The position numbers and the translations under genes are program-made. The notes under the pieces are model-generated. The model was not told the origin of the DNA, made no database searches, and was given only the letters and a program-made list of their open reading frames with translations. A stretch of DNA of 64,000 nt from Eledone cirrhosa (taxonomy: Eukaryota): positions 152,086,001 to 152,150,000 of the forward strand of contig OZ024740.1 in NCBI GenBank assembly GCA_964016885.1, read 5' to 3'. Shown one piece after another: positions 11,310 to 24,170 of this stretch (the first letter of the stretch is position 1; each line of letters starts with the position of its first letter).

Positions 11310-14300
11310 GTTCAAAAGAATGCTTTTGATGACAACATTCTTAGTTGACTGGGTATCCTTCAGAAACACTCTGACATTTTCTTTTCGTTTTCCGCGGCTA
11401 AGGGCTACAGTTGACCATGTTGGAATACAGGTCGTTCCAGATAAACCAAGACGTTTTCCATAGTTTGTCCTTGTGCTTTATGAATAGTCATACCGAAGCA
11501 CGATTGAACTGGGAATTGGCTTCGCTGCCAAGGGATATCATCACCTTCGGATAGATTAATTCTTTTCTAGGTATCATAACGATCTCATTTCTGAAAGCAA
11601 CAGTGTTGATTCTTGCTACTATGAGATTGTCGTGCAGTTCTTCCACAATCATGCGCGTTCCATTACAAAGCCTTGGAGGATTCAAGTTTCTCATAAGAAT
11701 TATTGGCGATCCTTTTTTCAATTCCAGGATATGTGGTGGCAGTCCTGATAGTTCAACCGAATCAAAGAATTCAGTCGGGAAATGAGTGGCATTGGCATCA
11801 CTCACAGAATTATAGGATCGGTACTCTTTTATGGTTCCAGGGAAGAGTCTGATACAGGTGGAATTGATGCTTCTCATCATTTCATTGAGAGGTACTAAGA
11901 TGCAATTGTTCGAAAACACTTCAGCTGGATTGTCGAATGAGGGGTAGATGAAATCAATACATTCTTCCATAGTTGTTGCTTGGAGAACCATTTCGTTTGG
12001 CAAAATAATTTCCTCATTTTCAGTTTTTTTTATCTTATCTTCTCCAATATCCAATAGGAACTGTGAATAGTCTCCTGCTCCCCCACCCAATCGCATGTTT
12101 GTCTTCAACTGAAATCTTTTGAAGCTTCGCCATAAGTAGGATTTTTTAATGCAGGCGTTTTCCACGTCCGCTTCATTTCCCCTTTTCACTACCGGAAGAA
12201 GCTGACGGAAATCACCACAGCAAATTGTCAAAATTCCACCGAATGCCTCATTGTTGTCGCATATGTCACGCAGAGTGAGGTCAACAGCTTCGAAGCTTTC
12301 CTTCCGAATCATAGGACACTCATCCCAAACAATCAGCCTTGTATGCTGGAAGAGGTTTGCTGTCTTTGAGTTTTTATCAATGTTGCACAGACCATTTTCT
12401 TTCACTACTATCGGTATTTTGAACCTAGAATGCGATGTTCTTCCACCAGGCATCAGTGTGGCGGCAATGCCAGATGACGCAACATCAATATCCACGTCAC
12501 CGTCTCCCCTGACTTTTGAAAGAATTAAGTTAATCAGGAATGTCTTTCCTGTTCCACCTGGAACGTCAATGAAAATCAATGCAGATGTGTTCGTCTTTAA
12601 ACTGTTACAAACGAAGTCATACACGTGTTTTTGTTCACTATTCAATAGAGGCTCCGTCTCTTCTACAAATCGTCGCTGCTCTTCTCTCCTGTATTGCAAT
12701 TCATGCAATAACTCCAAATTGCCAATATCCTGATTAGCAACAATATTATTTGGCCTTGGCAAGCTAAAGTCACTAAGACTTTTGCCCAGGTCGTTAAGTT
12801 TGTCTTCAAAATACAGAAGACATTGATCATAATGTCTCTCGCTAATCAAAAGGTTAGAGTTTCTGGTAGCCCTTTTTTCTATTTGAAGGTAATCTTCACA
12901 CAGCGAATGCTTAAATCGAACCCATAAAGCACTGGAATTGTCAATTTCCGTATTTGTGAGGAGCACGATGAATAGATCTCTCATGGCTTTGGGAAGCCTT
13001 GTTCGCTCAGCATCTTCCAGAGTCTGCTGCCAATGATCATCCGATTGAAGCAAACCTTTCTCTCTGCAGACGTCTTTGAATAATGGCAGGAGTTCTCCAT
13101 CACACATTTTCAAAGAGTTGAAGGATACTGGCCCTTTGACGTGATGCAGAAGGAGTCTTAAATAATACAGGTCACCACTTCGTGGAGAAACAGTGTATAC
13201 TCGTCCCAAAACGTTCGCCTCAAAGATCCTTGGATACTGCTCAACTGTTTTCTCCACCTTTCTCCTTTCCCATCTCTTATTACTCCAAGTGTAAAACTTT
13301 GGGACATCGGCATAATACAATGTTTTTGCAAACGGATCGCGATCGCAAAGATCCATGAATTCAGTCAGAGTCGTCTTAGCCATGTTATTGTTTACTTTAA
13401 CAGCAGCATTGACCCGAAAGAAGATTTGCTTTTCCTCAGGTAGATGAACTTGAAGGCGAACTACGGCCGGTTCTCTCTCATGAATTGGAAATCCAAGTAC
13501 CAAGGCAACAGCTTCTGAAGGACCGATATATCTTCCTGTTAAATACTATATTATCTCATCTTCCCTGTTCACTGCCCTTCATGGTATATTTGTCTGATCA
13601 CTGCCCTTCATGGTATATTTGATAACGTATTTGATTGATTTCACAGAAGAGCACATCTCTACGTTTAGGTGGCAGTTGAACAGTTTTAATAGTTTCATAT
13701 TGTAGGGAACCACCCATTCCGAAGTTATATTTCGGCTTCCCCTTCCTTCTTGGTGCCCCTCAAATCTTCCCATTCCTGGAGACCGTCTTCTGTACACAGG
13801 ATAAGAGTCCTCTCCACACAATGTATATTCATTGAAAGGCTTAGGGTACCGCTTACTGCACGTTCCATCTTTCCAACACGGCGAATTGTTAGAGCAATTC
13901 GGACCGTGGATCATGTGCTTCAGCACCAATTCATGAACCTCTGGATCTTTGTTTGGATCTGGTATTTCGGCTTGAACAAATTTATCATATTCCTGCGATC
14001 TGGGCTTGGAGGCTTCATTGATCCATAGCAAACAGTGCACATGAGGAAGACCTCGCTTTTGATATTCGACTGTCAGCACGTAAGCCATGCACTTGCCAAA
14101 TAGGCCATCTTATCCTGTAAGATACTTTCTTAACAGTTTCCGCTTCAGGTCAAATACTCTGGCAATTAAATCTGGCCTGTCATGTGACTTCTGATTCAGG
14201 AATAGGTTTTGCCGGATTTCAGGCCAGTTTGGATTGCATGTCATTGTGATGAAGAACGAAGGATTGCCGTACTTCCGTATGTACATCATGGCATCCTGGC

Positions 14301-16770
14301 ATCACTCCATCATATATCTCGGTCCACCGACAAATGTGGAAGAGAGTATGATTCGCCTGCCAATATTGCGAAAATCGTCATCATCATTCAATGCGTCAGT
14401 AAGGCCCTTGTATGTTGTAGATTGCAATGATGTTTGATTCATTCGGATGTATTGCAGTCTATCTCCTTCAATCTTCGCAGCCATGTCAACCAAATATTGC
14501 TGAAATAAACGACCGCTTCTGAGAAGTTGGTTGAATTCATTCTCATGGTTCATTATTCGATAGGCATAGTAGCGCATTGGCGTCAACTTCTTGTTGTTGC
14601 TCATTAACAGCTGATGATGTCATCCGTCATCGCCAAAAGGAAAGAATAGAACATACTGCGAACTGTCATAGGACCGATGGGACTCTGAGATTATTTGCAA
14701 TTGTCCGCCTTTTTCTTTCAACACAATGTGCCGTGCTTTTGCTTGAAGTTCGGTGCTGTTTTGTATAATAACGGCAACTTCGTTTGCAGTTTGTGCATTG
14801 AATATTCTCTCATGTTCCATTGCTGGTCTCCTATCAGGATCAATAATAATCGAAGCTTCGAGAATAGTTTTAATTTGTTCTTTTGCCATTCGAAATGAAG
14901 CAACGTAAGGGTTATATTGTCTGAGTATTATTTCCAATAATTCAACTATGTCGCGCTGAATGCCATCGTTATGGAGTATCCTGATCCTCAAATCATCAGT
15001 ATCCTGAGGATCCAAGAAGTAAATTTGAAGAAATTGGGGTTGTTCGTTGCGATTGGGGGTTAAGGAACCGATGTAATGGTGAATTTGACCATGAATAACG
15101 ATAGAAGGATTCTATCCACTCCTTGAGGAACGAACTTCTTCGGCCCCAAAAGATGTCATTTGGAACAGGCAGTTGTATTGTCTGAGGTTCTTCCTGAACT
15201 CGTTTGCCATAGGTTGATCAGTACTAAATAAACTGTGAAGGTCCTGGGGTAAAGGCTGCAGATTCCCCAACCTGACTTTTCCATTCATACAGCAAAAGTT
15301 AGCAGTTTCACCATGAAAAAGCATTGCATGACAACAGACACAGATCTTATTCATCTGTCCAACATCAGCAGAGAGGTCACGTCGTTGAACTGTCCTTGCT
15401 CTATCCCTAATGGTTTGTTGGCAAAGACGTTCAGTTCTCCGAGCGTCCGATTCATGATCTCTCTTGCTTCTGTCTCTTTCCTTCTGTTCCGCCAGACGCG
15501 CAGCTCTCCGACCATCCGATTCATGATATCTCCTGCTTCTGTCTCTTTCCTTCTGTTCCGCCAGACGCGCAGCTCTCCGACCATCCGATTCATGATCTCT
15601 CCTGCTTCTGTCTCTTTCCTTCTGTTCCGCCAGACGCTCAGCTCTCCGACCATCCGATTCATGATCTCTCCTGCTTCTGTCTCTTTCCTTCTGTTCCGCC
15701 AGACGCGCAGCTCTCCGACCATCCGATTCATGATATCTCCTGCTTCTGTCTCTTTCCTTCTGTTCCGCCAGACGCGCAGCTCTCCGACCATCCGATTCAT
15801 GATCTCTCTTGCTTCTGTCTCTTTCCTTCTGTTCCGCCAGACGCTCAGCTCTCCGACCATCCGATTCATGATCTCTCCTGCTTCTGTCTCTTTCCTTCTG
15901 TTCCGCCAGACGCGCAGCTCTCCGACCATCCGATTCATGATCTCTCCTGCTTCTGTCTCTTTCCTTCTGTTCCGCCAGACGCGCAGCTCTCTGACCATCC
16001 GATTCATGATCTCTCCTGCTTCTGTCTCTTTCCTTCTGTTCCGCCAGACGCGCAGCTCTCCGACCATCCGATTCATGATCTCTCCTTCTTCTATCTCTTT
16101 CCTTCTGTTCCGCCAGACGCGCAGCTTTCCGACCATCCGATTCATGATCTCTCCTGCTTCTGTCTCTTTCCTTCTGTTCCGCCAGACGCGCAGCTCTCTG
16201 ACCATCCGATTCATGATCTCTCCTGCTTCTGTCTCTTTCCTTCTGTTCCGCCAGACGCGCAGCTCTCTGACCATCCGATTCATGATCTCTCCTGCTTCTG
16301 TCTCTTTCCTTCTGTTCCGCCAGACGCGCAGCTCTCTGACCATCCGATTCATGATCTCTCCTGCTTCTGTCTCTTTCCTTCTGTTCCGCCAGACGCTCAG
16401 CTCTCTGACCATCCGATTCATGATCTCTCCTGCTTCTGTCTCTTTCCTTCTGTTCCGCCAGACGCGCAGCTCTCTGACCATCCGATTCATGATCTCTCCT
16501 GCTTCTGTCTCTTTCCTTCTGTTCCGCCAGACGCTCAGCTCTCCGACCACCCGATTCATGATCTCTCCTGCTTCTGTCTCTTTCCCTCTGTTCCGCCAGA
16601 TGTGCAGCCGTTGCTTTATCAGTCTCATCGATCCTTCTATTCGCATGCCTGTCCCGATCTTGTTGGCGTTGACCACTATCTTGCTCACCTTCTTCGGCTC
16701 TCCTTAGCCGTGCTTTCTTTCTACTATCGATAGACCAACCAGATGTTTTCTTTCTTCCTTGTCGAGGCAT
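11310..16770 (-). pseudogene. Helitron RepHel transposase: STPR-like repeats, Cys cluster, HUH Rep (Y2), Pif1-family SF1B helicase
   Basis: CVCCHA..CCMNGK; FITMTCNPNW; EYQKRGLPHVHCLLW; KYVIKYTMKG; PGGTGKTF, WDECPM, GDFRQLLPV, LMRNLNPPRLCNGTR. In-frame stops at about 15112, 14620 and 14302, plus frameshifts including a 29-bp duplication at about 13570-13620. Confidence 0.93.
15400..16626 (-). repeat. 69-bp coding minisatellite: 16 near-identical plus 2 degenerate units encoding ESDG(R/Q)RA(A/E)RLAEQKERDRSRRDH
   Basis: Period counted directly as 69 nt / 23 aa. Confidence 0.97.
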
Positions 16771-17770
16771 TATTTAAGAATAGAAAATCGTATTCACCTT
16801 AGAAAAAATTCCTATTACCTCAACAAATATTTTTTTAAAATCATCATTTAGAAATATTTCTAAATAATGAAAATATTGTCTGTTTAAACAACTCGTATTT
16901 TTCAAATCATATTCACTTAAAAAATACTTATTAATAATTAAAATATTCTGTTTAAAGTAAGCTGAAATATATATACTCAGTGTACAAATAATTTGTATTT
17001 TTTAAGTCATTTTCACTTAAGAATATTTTTTAAATATGCCAAGAAATATTTTTTTCCATCGTATTCACTTGAAAATAATTTTTTTTAAATGAAGATATTG
17101 TCTATGTAAATAAAGCTATTTGTGAAATCAAATTCACTTTTAAATATTTCTAAATAATTGAAATATTCTTTTTAACAAAAGCAAAAATATTTCTCTATCT
17201 GTAATCCCCCCTCTCTCTCTCTCATCCCCTCTCTCTCTCATCCCCTCACTCTCTCTCTTTCTCTCTCTCACCCCCTCTCTCTCACCCCCTCTCTGTCTCT
17301 CTTACCTACAGAATGGACAACCAAAAAACAAACGGATTATTTCTTTCGATATTCATTATAAAATAAGATAAATTGAATTTAAATGAATTCCTTGCTATTT
17401 TTGGAAAATTGAAAATATTGTCCATGTGCGATTTACGCTAAACTTGTTTTATTCAGAGTATTTTCTCATTATGCAATGTTTTGGCTATTTACGAAGTTTT
17501 GCGGGTTATGTTAATTTCGAGGTATTTTCCCAGTATGCACCGTTGTGGCTATTTACGAAGGTACCCCCAAAACCCGCGAATCTCGGGAACCCGGGGTCAG
17601 ATTTTCGCGAAACTTGTTTTATTCAATTTGTATTCCCATTTGAGAGGCAACTTGCTTTCAAAGTATTTACCCATTATGCGCCCTTTTGCCTGTATTACAT
17701 AACAGACAAGCAAGCAAGCACGCAAGATCAGAGTTTTAGTAGTATATAGATAGATATATATATATATATA

Positions 17771-18141
17771 GTGAAAAATGGAACGGGAACAAAACAGAAA
17801 GGCAGTACGAACAAAGGTTTATTAGTTTCACGCTCTTGTGAGTGGGGGGGGGGGGCGTTTCGGGCATAAGCCCTTCTTCAGGCGAAACGTGTGTGGGAAG
17901 AGAGTTCCAAGGGTGTGTAGAGGAGTGGGGGAGAAACATTTAGAAAAAAGGGGGGAGAGGAAACGGTGGAAGGGGTACAAATGAAAATAAATATAATAAA
18001 ATAATAAAAATAAAAATAAACATGAAGATAAACAAGCGGTGGAAGGGTGTGGGGCGTGTAGGGTGGTTGCGGGTGGAGTGGGGAGAGGGAGGCGGGGTGT
18101 CCGATCGGGGAGGGATGAAGGTGGTGTGTGTGTGTAGGTGT

Positions 18142-18182
<41 letters not shown>

Positions 18183-19333
18183 TGAGAGTTGGGGAAGAAC
18201 GAGGTTCCATGTTCAGGAAAAGGTGTGTGTGTGGGGTGGGGTGGTAGTATTGTTAGTTGTGGGGTGGGCGGTGAAAAGGAGAAGTGTGTTAGTGGTGTTA
18301 GGGGGGGGGGATATGTGTGTGGGGGGAGGACCAGGGCGGTCGAAGGCTAAAGGAATAGGGGTGGGGAGTTCAGGCAGGGAAGAGTGTGGGTCTGTAGGGT
18401 GAAGATGGTGCGTTGTTCGACCCTGAGGAGGGTGGCAGGTGTTCCGTGGCATTGGAGTAGGCCACAGACTGTGAGGTGGTGCGCGGAATGTCCAGGGGAG
18501 CCAAAGTGGCGGGCGATGGGGGACTCCCACCGAGACGAATATCCCGGAGGTGTTCGGTAAAACGGACCGCCAGGCGACGGCCAGTCTGTCCGGTGTAGGT
18601 TGCGCTACACTCCGTGCAGCGAAGTCCATAGACTAGGTTGGAGGAGGTGCAGCGGAAGGCGTGCCGGACAGAGAGAGAGTGGCCGTTGGAACCCTGGAAG
18701 GTGGTGGTGTTGGTGATGTAGGGGACAGGTGTTGCTACGAGGCCTGGAACAGGGAAGGGAACCGGGGGGTAGGTAGCTACGGACGAGGAGGGTGCGGAGA
18801 TTGCGTGCGCGTTTGAAGGAGGAGAGTGGTGGGGCTGGGAAGATATGGGAGGTGGAGAGGTCGGACTGGATGCGTCGGAAGAGGCGGAGGATGGTGCGGT
18901 GGAGGGGTAGGGTGGAGGGGTGGTAGGTGATGGGGAAGGGGAGGCGGTGGGTGGGTGTGCGGTGGCGTGGGGTGAGGGTGGTGGAGCGGTGGACAGCACG
19001 GGCGCGAGTGAAGGCGGTGTGGACGGCGGGGGAGACCTCTGCGGATGAAATGGCTGACTAGGGAAAGGGCCTGGGACTCAAAGTCAGCATCTCGGCTACA
19101 GAGGCGGCGGATCCTGAGGAGTTGGGAGTAGGGAATAGAGTGTTTAGTGTGTGTGTGTAGGTTGGGAGGAGGTGAAGTCGAAGTAGGAGTGGGAGTCGGT
19201 GGATTTGAAGAAGGCGGAGGTGGCGAGGGTGTGGTGGGAGTGGTCGAAGGCGACGGAGATGTCTAAGAAGTGGACGTGGGTGGTGGAGATAGAGGTGGTG
19301 AAGTGGAGGGAAGGGTGGAAGGAGCAGTAGAAG
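17771..19333 (-). mobile_element. Neptune-like PLE, 5'-truncated and frameshifted
   Basis: FHPSLHFT..HFLDISV..STDSHSY (RT thumb), PCSRPRSNTCPYI linker, CTSSNLVYGLRC..YTGQTGRRLAVRFTEHL (GIY-YIG). (TA)n on both sides. Confidence 0.9.
17856..17883 (-). ncRNA. Hammerhead core in the Neptune pLTR (3' part lost in a poly-C run)
   Basis: CUGAAGA-A-GGGC(uuau)GCCC-GAAAC. Confidence 0.6.
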
Positions 19334-20656
19334 GATATATATATATATATATATATGGCGAACGCTGGATAGCTTGTATGCACGCTTGGAATCTTTGAGG
19401 ATCCATGTTTTATATCCCTTTGTTCCTTTTCCTTGTTCTCCGTATGGATACCTACTGTTGTATACCTACTATTGTATGCATAATCTATGTTCCGTTTGTT
19501 CCTATGTTCTCTATATGTGAACCTGAATTTATATCTATATGTTTTTCTGTCCCTATTTTCGCTTCCTACAGCTCACTTCCAAAGTCTAGCAACCCTTTTT
19601 GTCGGACATGGTTGATAACATTAATACCATTGTAGTTACAACTGACTGCTATTGTGGTTAGTTATTTTTCTGCACTGTGATCATTGCTGGCCTTGTGCCT
19701 TAGGGTGGAAGCGAGGATTGTCATGATTATTATGTTAGTACTGTTTTTAATGTAAGAATTTGTTTACAACGACCCGCTCCACCAGGCCTTTTTGTTGCCG
19801 TCGTCGCCGTGGTGGGTTCATTAATGGTGTTTTTGTTGTTGTTAGAGTTGCCGCTGCCTAGGCCTCGGGTAGTGTGTACTCGCTGCCATTAACTGGGTAC
19901 TAATATCATTGATATCACTACTACTGCGACGACCAGTATGAGCGATGGGCGGTGTTGCTGTTGTTGCTGTTATTGTTGTCGTCGCTGTTGTGTTGGGGAT
20001 AGATGCCATCAAGTTTGTGTATCACTCTACCTCAGAGTTCCGTTTATTCCTCTGGCTGTTGTTATCGTTGTTGTTGTCAGCGGGGTGGTATTGTCCCTAC
20101 GACTGCTGCGTCCAGTGTAGGCGACGTTACTCGGTATTTGCTGTTGTTGTCATTGTTGTTGTTGTTGCTGTTGATGTTGTAGCTGTTGTCTTGAATGTGG
20201 CCGTCAACAAAATATATATACCCCTCCCTCCCTCAGTGTTCCATTTATTGCTTCCTCTCTCAACTGGGCTCTGGCTGCGCATAGGTTTTCATTTGATACA
20301 GATCAACACAGCATACTTGAGAGGTTACCTCTCTGCTGATTTACGACCTCAATTCCATGGGGGATGCGTGAATCCTGATTTCACTAATTGACAAGTTGAT
20401 AGCACCTCACTCCAGTAAACAGGACGGCTTGGAGACCCTTTCAGGTACTCATATGTCTGCTGGGCGCACGAGCAGAAGGACGTGTGTTTTTTTTTTCCTG
20501 CCGCCAGCATATCACTAAATCAGATTTCATCTGAGGACATCGCTCTCATAACAACAACAAATGCATGAAGCACATCTTGATTGCATGGGAGGACCGTTGA
20601 AATAATTATAATGAATAAACGTTTTGTGTAACATCAGCATCTTTATTTATGTTATT

Positions 20657-20833
<177 letters not shown>

Positions 20834-20915
20834 AAGTTTGTATATTTATGTATATATGCATCTATGTGTATATGCCTGTGTACATGCATGCATATATATA
20901 TATATATATTTCAGA

Positions 20916-20959
20916 CCGAGCTGAGGAGGACCCGCATAAGGTGAAACATTTGTTCTCGG
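20916..20959 (+). ncRNA. Minimal hammerhead motif next to (TA)n
   Basis: CCGAG-CUGAGGA-GG-ACC(cgcauaa)GGU-GAAA-CAUUUG-UU-CUCGG. Perfect 5-bp helix I. Confidence 0.65.
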
Positions 20960-21095
20960 AATGGTGAACTAATGTTGTGGGACTACTTCTATATATTTAT
21001 GCGTTGAAATATCCGAGACCCCCAGCAGATAACTGATGAAGGAAAACTTTCTCCCGTTCATGCTTTCTTCTTATTTTTAAGTATATATCTCTCTA

Positions 21096-21159
<64 letters not shown>

Positions 21160-21160
21160 C

Positions 21161-21255
<95 letters not shown>

Positions 21256-21316
21256 TACACACACATATATATATACATATACATATATATATATATATAT
21301 ATATGTATACATATGT

Positions 21317-21370
<54 letters not shown>

Positions 21371-21372
<2 letters not shown>

Positions 21373-22012
21373 GTGAGGTATATGATTTTTAATATCTATG
21401 ATCGTTGGCAAATCACTGATGAGGGACTCATTTTATAACATGTTATCCATGTGCAACCTGCAGTATTCTTCTCCCCATTTTTTCACATATATTTACCTAA
21501 ACTGCGATTCTGTTTTTCTCTCTCTCTCTTACTGCTCCCTCGTTCTCTCTGTTTCTCTTACTTTCTTTCGTCCCCTCTGTCATGTCAGTTAACACTTTCT
21601 CTCTACTGACCTCTTCCTCACACTTCCACTCACTCACTCACTGTTTCTCCCCTTCTCACTTCACCCCGTTCGCGACGAAAACAATTTCCTTCTTTCTTAC
21701 ATTGGATTCATCTCGAAAGGTCTAATTTCTACTCGCTCATATATTCACCCAGCTTATACTGATAGAATAACTATGTAGCTTGTGTCTCTTCCTATCTACG
21801 GTTAGCTTTCCTCTTTGTTGTTTACTTGTCTCACTCGCTTTACGCGTTTTAATTGTCCTAATAACTTAATTTAGTTATTATTGCACCAACGTGAGGTATA
21901 TGATTTTTTAATGCAATGAAATATCTATGATCGTTGGCAAATCACTGATGAGGGACTCATTTTATAACATGTTATCCATGTGCAACCTGCAGTATTCTTC
22001 TCCCCATTTTTT

Positions 22013-22018
<6 letters not shown>
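21371..22018 (+). mobile_element. Non-coding element with ~120-bp direct terminal repeats in (TA)n
   Basis: 21371-21490 repeated at 21889-22018 (with a short indel). Each repeat contains CTGATGAGGGA. Confidence 0.65.
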
Positions 22019-22043
<25 letters not shown>

Positions 22044-22047
<4 letters not shown>

Positions 22048-22250
22048 CGAAGGAAATGTGGTAAGGAACCAGGTGGACCATAACGCACCAAAGTACTCAA
22101 TACTTAGGGTAGTAGAGTGGGTAATAGGAACAAGTAAGACCCCGACGGCTGAGCTCAAGCCGTTTCGACGGTTAATTCTGTGTAACTATGGGTCCAGAAT
22201 TAGCCGTCGAAACGGCTTGAGCTCAGCCGTCGGGGTCTTACTTGTTCCCA
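22044..22250. mobile_element. Palindrome-capped PLE-type 3' fragment (other copies 24792-24998 and 44202-44375)
   Basis: Shared tail plus a ~55-bp-arm hairpin containing GAAA-CGGCU(UGAGCUC)AGCCG-UC-GGGG. All copies flanked by (TA)n. Confidence 0.8.
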
Positions 22251-22274
22251 TATATATATATATATATATATATA

Positions 22275-23048
22275 AAGAATTAGTATATCTGCCAACATAT
22301 ATATACACAGATGCATACCTATGCTAGCAAATATATAGGTTTTGTGTTAGTAACTTTGTGGTTCAATGCAAGGGGATGCAGAACAATTATGACGAAAGGA
22401 TTTTTCTCCATGTTGTTCCAATCGGAAACCATGTTTATTCCCTTTCAGAAACTAATTAGTTGGAGTGAAATTTTAGTAAGTAAGTTAATTTTTATAATTT
22501 TCTTATTTTACGTCTTTCATATAATTGTTCTGCAACCCCTTGCATTGAGCCACAAAGTTACTAAGACAAAATCTATATATTTGCTAGCATAGGTATGCAT
22601 CTGTGTATATATATATGTTGGCAGATATACTAATTCTTTATAATTATCTCCAAACTATTTTGTTGAGCAAAAATTTGCCAAAACTACTACTATGGTTCAT
22701 AGTAATAGCCAGGCTACTGTCTTATTATCACACCACTCCTCACTGATTGACCTCGATGTCACGTGATTGATTCTTTTGAATTTGCCACCGACCAAGTAGG
22801 CAGTGATTTTTTCAATGTCCTGGAATTTAGTCCTCGCTTGCTTTTTCCATCCACTGAATTATATTTTTGTATAAGTTCCCTGTGTCCACGCATTGCCTGG
22901 GAACTTAGCTGAGAATAGACCTCCCTGATGACGAAAGGATTTTTCTCCATGTTGTTCCAATCGATAACCATGTTTATTCCCTTTCAGAAACTAATTAGTT
23001 AGAGTGAAATTTTAGTAAGTTAATTTTTATAATTTTCTTATTTTACGT

Positions 23049-23052
<4 letters not shown>
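22275..23052. mobile_element. Non-coding element with inverted (22275-22390/22528-22640) and direct (22390-22518/22928-23052) duplications in (TA)n
   Basis: Duplications read directly. Architecture matches the other PLE-type fragments. Confidence 0.6.
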
Positions 23053-23105
<53 letters not shown>

Positions 23106-23329
23106 GAGAGAGTGAGAGAGATAAATAAATAGATATGTAGGTGTATGTGTGTATATATGTGTATGTCTGGCTACACACCTACATAGCTATATAGATCTAT
23201 ATCTATATAAGCACATAGGGGGCGTAGCTGTTATTGTTTCTTAATTGATTCTTAATTAAATCCTAACGACGCAGCCGATATCCATCCCAAATGGTTGTCT
23301 AAGGGTAGTTAAACCAGTGAGCCAATTTC

Positions 23330-23470
23330 AAAAGAACTGGTACTTTATTTTATCCACCCCGTAAGGATGAAAGGCAAAGTTAATCTCAACGGAATTTGAA
23401 CTCAGACCGTAATGGGACGTAACTATGCTAGAAAGCATGGCGTCCAACCCTCTACCGATAATGCCGCACC
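23330..23470 (-). mobile_element. tRNA-derived SINE (partial)
   Basis: Reverse complement of the B-box and GCCTTTCATCC core. Confidence 0.75.
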
Positions 23471-24036
23471 ATAACCCCAGAGTCTATCGCCCTTCCCCTC
23501 ACCCCATTCTTCTGTGACACTAGAGCCCTTGCCGTTCCCTTCCTTTACCGTTTTCATAACCACAAAAGACACTTGAATATTCAGTGTAACTCTACATTGT
23601 GTAGTGAGTACTGTTTTATTTGCTTGTATATATTCAATATTTAAATAAACTTTAAGAAATATAAAAAGTTAAAAAGCAAAACATAATTCTTATACTATCA
23701 ACAAAATTGTTGCCAGCATATGCCATTCTTCCTTTCTCTTTTATTCCATTCTTTCTAATGCTGCTACTCACTAACCAGGCTAATAAATTATAATACACAA
23801 CAATGAAATCCAACGGATACCATGACACCGCAACTGAATATGAATTGGCAAAGCTTTAAATATATGTTGTTGCAGAGGAATCTATATTCAGTAAATAATC
23901 CACAAGTCATATGATCTATCGATTCCCAAGTGGAGCGAAATCAATACCGATCGTGCTTTGAGCTGATCGATGGTGAAACCCACGTTACACGTGAATAAAC
24001 ATAATGATGCAATATTGATGCTTCCTTCCTGCTCCA

Positions 24037-24106
<70 letters not shown>

Positions 24107-24170
24107 TATATATATATACATACATAAATATTGATGTTGATTTGGTTATCAATATTAATATTATTGGGTA

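Larger units (their letters stand above)
10509..17750 (-). mobile_element. Full-length Helitron (canonical type), disabled
   Basis: 5' TC (TCTATATACTACTAAAAC at 17750) after A. 3' hairpin TGACCC-AAC-GGGTCA then CTAG (10509-10512) before T. Internal RepHel coding region. Confidence 0.95.

Noticed and set aside
15400-16626. CRISPR-like appearance of the regular repeat
   Set aside because: Contiguous units with no unique spacers, coding, eukaryotic context, no cas genes.
15313-16707. 464-aa plus-strand and 445-aa alternative-frame ORFs
   Set aside because: By-products of a 69-bp unit without stops in those frames. Only the 552-aa frame continues into Helitron motifs.
22925-22945. CTGATGACGAAA as a hammerhead core
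   Set aside because: No helix II and no convincing helix I or III.
22759-22971. 70-aa minus-strand ORF
   Set aside because: Lies inside a duplicated repeat fragment with no recognisable motif. At most an element-derived ORF start.
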